From positions 585,412-649,411 of the forward strand of contig CALSTU010000004.1 of assembly GCA_943789355.1 (NCBI GenBank): a stretch of 64,000 nucleotides of DNA, given 5' to 3'. Below, piece after piece: positions 59,166 to 64,000 of the stretch. The notes under the pieces are model-generated. The model was not told where the DNA came from. It made no database searches and worked only from the letters and a program-made list of their open reading frames with translations. This stretch comes from an uncultured Flavobacteriales bacterium. GTDB lineage: Bacteria > Bacteroidota > Bacteroidia > Flavobacteriales > UBA7430. Each line of letters starts with the position of its first letter. Position 1 is the first letter of the stretch. Both the position numbers and the translations under genes were made by a program.

Positions 59166-60473
59166 TTATTTTTTCCTGAAATAAATTCGAATAGGTACTC
59201 CGTTGAGGTCGTACATTTCTCGCATTTTGTTTTCAATGAAGCGTTTGTAGGGATCTTTAACGTATTGCGGGAGGTTGCAGAAGAATGCAAACGACGGAAC
59301 CATGGTAGGGATTTGTGTGATGTATTTTATTTTCACAAACTTCCCTTTGTAAGACGGAGGCGGTGTTACTTCCGTTATGGGTAAGAATACATTGTTCAAT
59401 TGAGAGGTTGTAATCTTAATCTGTTTTCTGTTGTATACATCAACCGCCATTTCAATGGCTTTGAAAATTCGTTGTTTGGTTTCGGCAGATATAAAAACAA
59501 TCGGATAGTCTGTAAACGGAGCTGTTTTGGCGAGAATCATCTTGCGGTAATGCTCCATGGTCATGGTTTCTTTGTTCTCGACCAAGTCCCATTTGTTTAC
59601 CAAGACCACAATCCCTTTGTGGTTTTTTTCTGCCAGATGAAAGATGTTCAAGTCTTGCGCATCGAAGCCAATGGTTGCATCGACCATCACAATACAAACA
59701 TCACTGTGTTCAATGGCTCGGATGGTTCGCATGACGGAGTAGAACTCAAGGTTTTCATGCACCTTAGATTTTTTTCTCAGTCCAGCGGTATCTACCAATG
59801 TGAATTCGTGCCCGAATTGATTGTAATGGGTATCAATGGAATCTCTGGTGGTTCCTGCAATATCAGTAACGATGTTTTTGTTTTGTCCCATCAAGGCATT
59901 CACCAAAGAGGATTTCCCTGCATTCGGCCGACCCACAATGGCAAACTTCGGAAGGGCATCGGTTTCCTCTTCGTCTTCTTTTGAAAACGAATTGACCAGA
60001 GCATCCAGCAATTCACCGGTACCGCTTCCGTTGATTGATGAAATGGCAAAGTATTCTCCCAAACCGAGGTTGTAAAACTCCATGGCATCGTCCATTCTCA
60101 TGGCGTTATCCACTTTGTTAACGGCAATGAATACGGGTTTGTTCGCTTTCCGAAGTAAATGGGCAACATCCAAATCAAGATCTGTAGTTCCCGTTTCCAC
60201 ATCGACGACAAATATGATGGAGTCGGCCTCTTCCATAGCTATTTTGACTTGCTTTCGGATTTCTCCTTCAAAAACATCTTCAGAGCCGGTTACATAACCC
60301 CCCGTGTCAATCACCGTAAAATCGCGACCGTTCCAATCCGACGTACCGTAATGCCGGTCTCGGGTTACGCCACTAACGGCATCTACAATTGCCTGACGGC
60401 GTTGCGTGAGACGGTTGAAAAAAGTTGATTTCCCAACATTCGGACGACCTACAATAGCTACAATATTCCCCAT
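59166..60473 (-). CDS. der: Ribosome biogenesis GTPase Der (EngA)
   Basis: Tandem GTPase domains (GRPNVGKST and GRPNAGKSS; DTGG/DTAG; NKVD/NKWD) plus a KH-like C-terminus. Confidence 0.95.
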   Translation of the reverse strand: MGNIVAIVGRPNVGKSTFFNRLTQRRQAIVDAVSGVTRDRHYGTSDWNGRDFTVIDTGGYVTGSEDVFEGEIRKQVKIAMEEADSIIFVVDVETGTTDLDLDVAHLLRKANKPVFIAVNKVDNAMRMDDAMEFYNLGLGEYFAISSINGSGTGELLDALVNSFSKEDEEETDALPKFAIVGRPNAGKSSLVNALMGQNKNIVTDIAGTTRDSIDTHYNQFGHEFTLVDTAGLRKKSKVHENLEFYSVMRTIRAIEHSDVCIVMVDATIGFDAQDLNIFHLAEKNHKGIVVLVNKWDLVENKETMTMEHYRKMILAKTAPFTDYPIVFISAETKQRIFKAIEMAVDVYNRKQIKITTSQLNNVFLPITEVTPPPSYKGKFVKIKYITQIPTMVPSFAFFCNLPQYVKDPYKRFIENKMREMYDLNGVPIRIYFRKK

Positions 60474-60480
60474 TTTAATT

Positions 60481-61371
60481 TTATATGAAATAACCGAAAC
60501 GCTTCAGATCTTGATCGTTATCGCGCCAGTTCTTCGTTACTTTTACAAACAATTCTAAAAAGACTTTCTTTCCGAAGAAAATTTCTAAATCTTTTCGAGC
60601 TTGTGTTCCTACTTTTTTCAGGGCTTTGCCTTGGTGCCCAATGATGATTCCTTTTTGTGTTTCACGAGCCACATTGATGATGGCGCCTATGCGTATGATG
60701 GTTTCTTCTTCCTTGAAGGTTTCTACAACCACTTCTACCGAATAGGGAATCTCTTTTTGGTAATTGAGTAATATTTTCTCTCGAATGATCTCGGAAACAA
60801 AAAAACGTTCCGGCTTGTCAGTGAGCGCATCTTTAGGAAAGAAAGGCGTGCCCTCGGGCAGCATCTCCTTAATTTCATTCATGATGTTTTCTACACCAAA
60901 ACCCTCCAGTGCAGAAATGGGAATGATTTTCGCCTTTGGCAATTCTTCATGCCAATGTTTTACCGCATTTTCTACACCTTCTTGATTGGATTTATCAATT
61001 TTGTTAATGAGCAGTAATATGGGAACCTCTGTTTTTTTCAGACGTTCAAAAAAGCTCTGGTCTTTGAGCGATTTTTCACCAAGTTCAACCATGTAAAGAA
61101 AAACATCAGCATCTTGAAATGCAGAACGTACAAACTTCATCATGCTGCTCTGAAGGTTGTAGTTGGGTTGAATAATTCCTGGCGTGTCAGAAAATACAAT
61201 CTGATGATTTTCGTCATTGACAATCCCCAAAATTCGATGTCGTGTGGTTTGCGCTTTCGATGTAATGATTGAGAGCCGCTCTCCAATGAGTTTGTTCATC
61301 AAGGTGGATTTCCCAACATTGGGATTTCCGATGATGTTTACAAAACCTGATTTGTATTTATGTTCTTCCAT
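60481..61371 (-). CDS. era: GTPase Era
   Basis: [20 protein letters not shown] and a C-terminal KH domain. The ATG at 61371 ([11 protein letters not shown]) is preferred over the longer ORF. Confidence 0.93.
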   Translation of the reverse strand: MEEHKYKSGFVNIIGNPNVGKSTLMNKLIGERLSIITSKAQTTRHRILGIVNDENHQIVFSDTPGIIQPNYNLQSSMMKFVRSAFQDADVFLYMVELGEKSLKDQSFFERLKKTEVPILLLINKIDKSNQEGVENAVKHWHEELPKAKIIPISALEGFGVENIMNEIKEMLPEGTPFFPKDALTDKPERFFVSEIIREKILLNYQKEIPYSVEVVVETFKEEETIIRIGAIINVARETQKGIIIGHQGKALKKVGTQARKDLEIFFGKKVFLELFVKVTKNWRDNDQDLKRFGYFI

Positions 61372-61512
61372 TTCGGCTGCAAAGATACAATAAATATACC
61401 CCCACGAATCATTATTTACCATTAGTAGAGCAACGAAAAGGAGTGAACACGCACTTTCACGCCTTGATAAACAGTTGCTTGCGAAAAAGAAATAAAAATA
61501 GCCGTGGTATCC

Positions 61513-61544
61513 TTGTTTTCTCCTGCTTCTTTATCTTATATTTG
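61513..61544 (+). promoter_or_regulatory. Candidate Bacteroidetes-type promoter for the initiator tRNA
   Basis: TTG (61513-61515), a 21-nt spacer, then TATATTTG (61537-61544). The -7 box ends only 3 nt before tRNA position 1. Confidence 0.5.
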
Positions 61545-61547
61545 CAC

Positions 61548-61620
<73 letters not shown>

Positions 61621-61628
61621 CTAAAAAA

Positions 61629-61658
61629 AGCCTCTTGAGAAATCAAGAGGCTTTTTTG
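61629..61658 (+). terminator. Rho-independent terminator after tRNA-fMet
   Basis: 10-bp stem AGCCTCTTGA/TCAAGAGGCT with loop GAAA, followed by T6. Confidence 0.85.
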
Positions 61659-61797
61659 GTTTTTGAAATGGTTTCAAAAAGTGTATCTTCGTAAGGATAT
61701 AAAAACAAGTCCTTTATAGATTTTTTGCGCCGCAGAAGACAACCTTCTGATTGACCCCACTCCATTGGTTTGCAACAAAGACCATTAACACTCAGCG

Positions 61798-63609
61798 ATG
61801 AAAAAATTATTCTACGTACTATTTTTTTGCATAGGTTTTTCAGTTAACGCTCAATACAACAACGGCGTTGTTGAACTTGAAGATTTCGATTTTCAATACT
61901 TTTCTTCCAGCACCAACATGTCGGTAGTTTTTCCTGAAGGTACTTTAAGTATGTATGAGACTGCCAGGATTATGGCATTTGTTAACAACAACCCAGTTTC
62001 ATACGCCGATACAATTGAATTGGGAATGGCAGGCATACCCGTGTGTGGGTTGGATGGCTATGCCGATTATCCTTGGTGGGCGAAAACGGGAGATGAGGTT
62101 GAGTTCTTTATTTTATCTAACAACATAATTGTTGAGCTCGAAATAAATCCGCCCGTACTGTTTTACCACAATTCTCTCTATTCCATGGATTGGGGCAATT
62201 GTACGTACAATTTTGAAAATGGGATACCGTGCGAAGTTGAATTTTATACGGAAGGTGAAGCCCAGCTTTTCGGGTGTACAAACAATCAATATGTAGAGTA
62301 TTCTTCTTCTGCCAATCAGGATGACGGTTCCTGCTTGACCCTGAAAATATTGGGCTGCACCGATGATCGAGCAAGCAATTACAATTTACTCGCAAATTTT
62401 AACGATTCTTCATGCGAATATCCTACGCTACGGGGATGTACTTCCGGTCTTGCAGACAATTACAACAGTGCAGCCAATCAAGATGACGGCACCTGTCAGT
62501 TCATACTTCATGATTTGAATCAATCCTTTGCCGCTTGGAACGTTACTGTTGATTTAGCAGCAGGCTGGAACATGTTTGGATACGGTTGTCCAACCCCTAT
62601 TGATTTGGTTCAGTCATTGTCTGAACACACAGATAAAGTTATCATAGCTAAAAACAATGAGGGTAAGATCTACATGCCAGAATTTGGCTATAACGGAATA
62701 GGAGACTTAAGCCCAGGTTTAGGATATCAGATAAAGGTTACAGAGGCTATAGAAGGCTTTAGCTTATGCGATTGGTATGTGAATGATATTTCTGAGGATC
62801 ATATTGTTTCGCTGCAGGAGGAGAATGCTTCCATGAAAGCAGAATTAGATTCCCTGTATGGCTGTACGGACGAAGGTGCATGTAACTTTGACCCAACCGC
62901 TGTATTAAACGACAGTTCTTGTGATTATGAATCTTGCGAAGATGAATGCGGAGTCGTAAACGGAGACAACACAACCTGTTTGGATTGTGCAGGTGTACCC
63001 AATGGAACGGCAGAAGATTTAGGTTGCGGTTGTGGCAACCCCGCAGCGCAGGAGGGATACGATTGCGAGGGTCATGAAATAACCTCATACCAAGTGGGCG
63101 ATTTAGCCCATGGTGGAATGGTATTCTATGTAGACGAAACCGGTGAGCACGGCTTGGTAGCAGCACTTGAAGATTTAACAGAAGGCGCCACTGACCCATG
63201 GGGGTTTGGCTTTAACGGTTACGAATGGGGTTGTTATGGAACGAGTATATCAGGAGCAGATGGAACTTCTATAGGTTCAGGCTTACAAAACACCATGGAC
63301 ATCACAAACCAAGGATGTACAACAGATTATGGAGGAATAACTGCGGCACAAGCTGCCTTAGATGCTGAAATAAACAGCTACAGCGACTGGTACATCCCCT
63401 CAATAGATGAACTCTTAGAAATGTACAACACGATTGGAAACGGTGGCCCTGAGGGCAATATAGGAGGTTTTGAAACTGACGTTTCGCCTTATTATTGGTC
63501 TTCCTCGGAGTACGTAATACCACGCGTGGGTCGTCGATTTCGATATGGTGGCACGTACTACTACGATAAGTACAGTACAGGCAGGGTTCGGGTTATTCGC
63601 GCTTTTTAA
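61798..63609 (+). CDS. Secreted mosaic protein (protein C): NM-type N-domain, Cys-bounded mini-repeats, shared GWN-NGIG module, coiled coil, CxxC-rich segment and C-terminal DUF1566-like domain
   Basis: Signal peptide MKKLFYVLFFCIGFSVNAQ. DUF1566-like motifs GGMVFYVDETGEHGLVAA, SDWYIPSIDELLEMY, YYWSSSE and RVRVIRAF at the C-terminus. Confidence 0.75.
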   Translation: MKKLFYVLFFCIGFSVNAQYNNGVVELEDFDFQYFSSSTNMSVVFPEGTLSMYETARIMAFVNNNPVSYADTIELGMAGIPVCGLDGYADYPWWAKTGDEVEFFILSNNIIVELEINPPVLFYHNSLYSMDWGNCTYNFENGIPCEVEFYTEGEAQLFGCTNNQYVEYSSSANQDDGSCLTLKILGCTDDRASNYNLLANFNDSSCEYPTLRGCTSGLADNYNSAANQDDGTCQFILHDLNQSFAAWNVTVDLAAGWNMFGYGCPTPIDLVQSLSEHTDKVIIAKNNEGKIYMPEFGYNGIGDLSPGLGYQIKVTEAIEGFSLCDWYVNDISEDHIVSLQEENASMKAELDSLYGCTDEGACNFDPTAVLNDSSCDYESCEDECGVVNGDNTTCLDCAGVPNGTAEDLGCGCGNPAAQEGYDCEGHEITSYQVGDLAHGGMVFYVDETGEHGLVAALEDLTEGATDPWGFGFNGYEWGCYGTSISGADGTSIGSGLQNTMDITNQGCTTDYGGITAAQAALDAEINSYSDWYIPSIDELLEMYNTIGNGGPEGNIGGFETDVSPYYWSSSEYVIPRVGRRFRYGGTYYYDKYSTGRVRVIRAF

Positions 63610-63671
63610 CGATTTACCCCTTTACCTATTTAAGGCATGCCGCGAAGCGGCCGAATATAAAATAAATAAAA

Positions 63672-63700
63672 AGCCCTCGAAGATGCGGGGGCTTTTTATT
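63672..63700. terminator. Weak hairpin plus T-run between convergent genes
   Basis: AGCCC (63672-63676) pairs with GGGCT (63689-63693) over a 12-nt loop. The hairpin is flanked by an A-run and followed by TTTTTATTTT. Confidence 0.4.
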
Positions 63701-63718
63701 TTATTACGTTGAAAATCT

Positions 63719-64000
63719 TTAGCAGCTTGCGATGACCGTTTCGCCACCTCGAACGCTGTCATTGAGTTTGGTGTTGATCTTCGCATCTAAGGGCAAGAAC
63801 AGGTCGATTCGAGAACCAAATTTGATGAAGCCCATGTCTTCTCCTTGTTTCGCCCGATCGTCTTTTTTGGAGTACATCACAATACGCCGTGCTACGGCAC
63901 CTGCAATCTGTCGGAACAAAATAGGGCCGGTGGTTTCATTTTCCACCACCACAGTGGTTCGTTCATTTTCTATAGACGATTTCGGATGCCATGCCACCAA
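63719..64000 (-). CDS. psd: Phosphatidylserine decarboxylase, C-terminal part (5' end outside the window)
   Basis: The tail KQGEDMGFIKFGSRIDLFLP...GGETVIASC matches the proenzyme cleavage-site region and alpha chain of Psd. Confidence 0.8.
   Translation of the reverse strand: MVAWHPKSSIENERTTVVVENETTGPILFRQIAGAVARRIVMYSKKDDRAKQGEDMGFIKFGSRIDLFLPLDAKINTKLNDSVRGGETVIASC

Noticed and set aside
59400-59984. A 194-aa ORF antisense to der.
   Set aside because: The sense strand encodes a complete double-GTPase Der with all G-motifs. The antisense translation has no recognisable motifs and is best explained as a chance open frame opposite a highly expressed gene.
62759-63199. A 146-aa ORF antisense to the 603-aa mosaic protein gene.
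   Set aside because: The translation is low-complexity and rich in R/H/L/P. The sense frame carries conserved modules and the DUF1566-like domain.
63639-63651. A GC-rich mini-hairpin GCCGC-GAA-GCGGC downstream of the 603-aa gene.
   Set aside because: It has only 5 bp, no adjacent U-tract on either strand, and occurs once. That is insufficient to call a terminator or a repeat element.

Overview
This 64-kb window looks like a chromosomal segment of a Bacteroidota (Flavobacteriia-like) genome, and most of it is core housekeeping. The taxonomic call rests on Type IX secretion/gliding genes (sprA, porP-gldK-gldL-gldM-gldN), T9SS C-terminal sorting domains, TAnnTTTG -7 promoter boxes and a Bacteroidetes-type FtsZ tail (NSFLHDNVD). 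Left to right: sprA (5'-truncated by the window edge and split by an apparent 1-nt frameshift), two T9SS cargo genes, then pheT, clpX, folK and an OmpA/TSP3 protein. Next come a SpoU/TrmH methyltransferase, mutS, tRNA-Gly and tRNA-Leu, engB and an alpha/beta hydrolase. A complete dcw cluster follows (mraZ-rsmH-ftsL-ftsI-murE-mraY-murD-ftsW-murG-murC-ftsQ-ftsA-ftsZ), then yqeY. On the minus strand lie groEL-groES, secG, a TPR protein, lptE, a sensor-less sigma-54 activator and miaB. After that come topA, an arginase-fold protein, porP-gldKLMN, an FAD oxidoreductase and an ABC-F ATPase. The only clearly accessory stretch is about 54.5-63.6 kb. It holds three signal-peptide mosaic proteins that share an unnamed ~70-aa module, plus a 534-aa O-methyltransferase-like orphan, interleaved with der, era and the initiator tRNA. 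The window ends in a partial psd gene. I saw no rRNA, CRISPR array, transposase, integrase or recognisable defence system. I did not find a convincing new multi-gene system. The most unusual items are the shared-module secreted protein family, two frameshift anomalies (sprA; a compensated pair in the DUF1566 protein), a T9SS-targeted thioredoxin fusion, and several regulatory DNA patterns (MraZ-type operator, identical tRNA promoters). All function calls come from motif recognition by eye; no database search was run.
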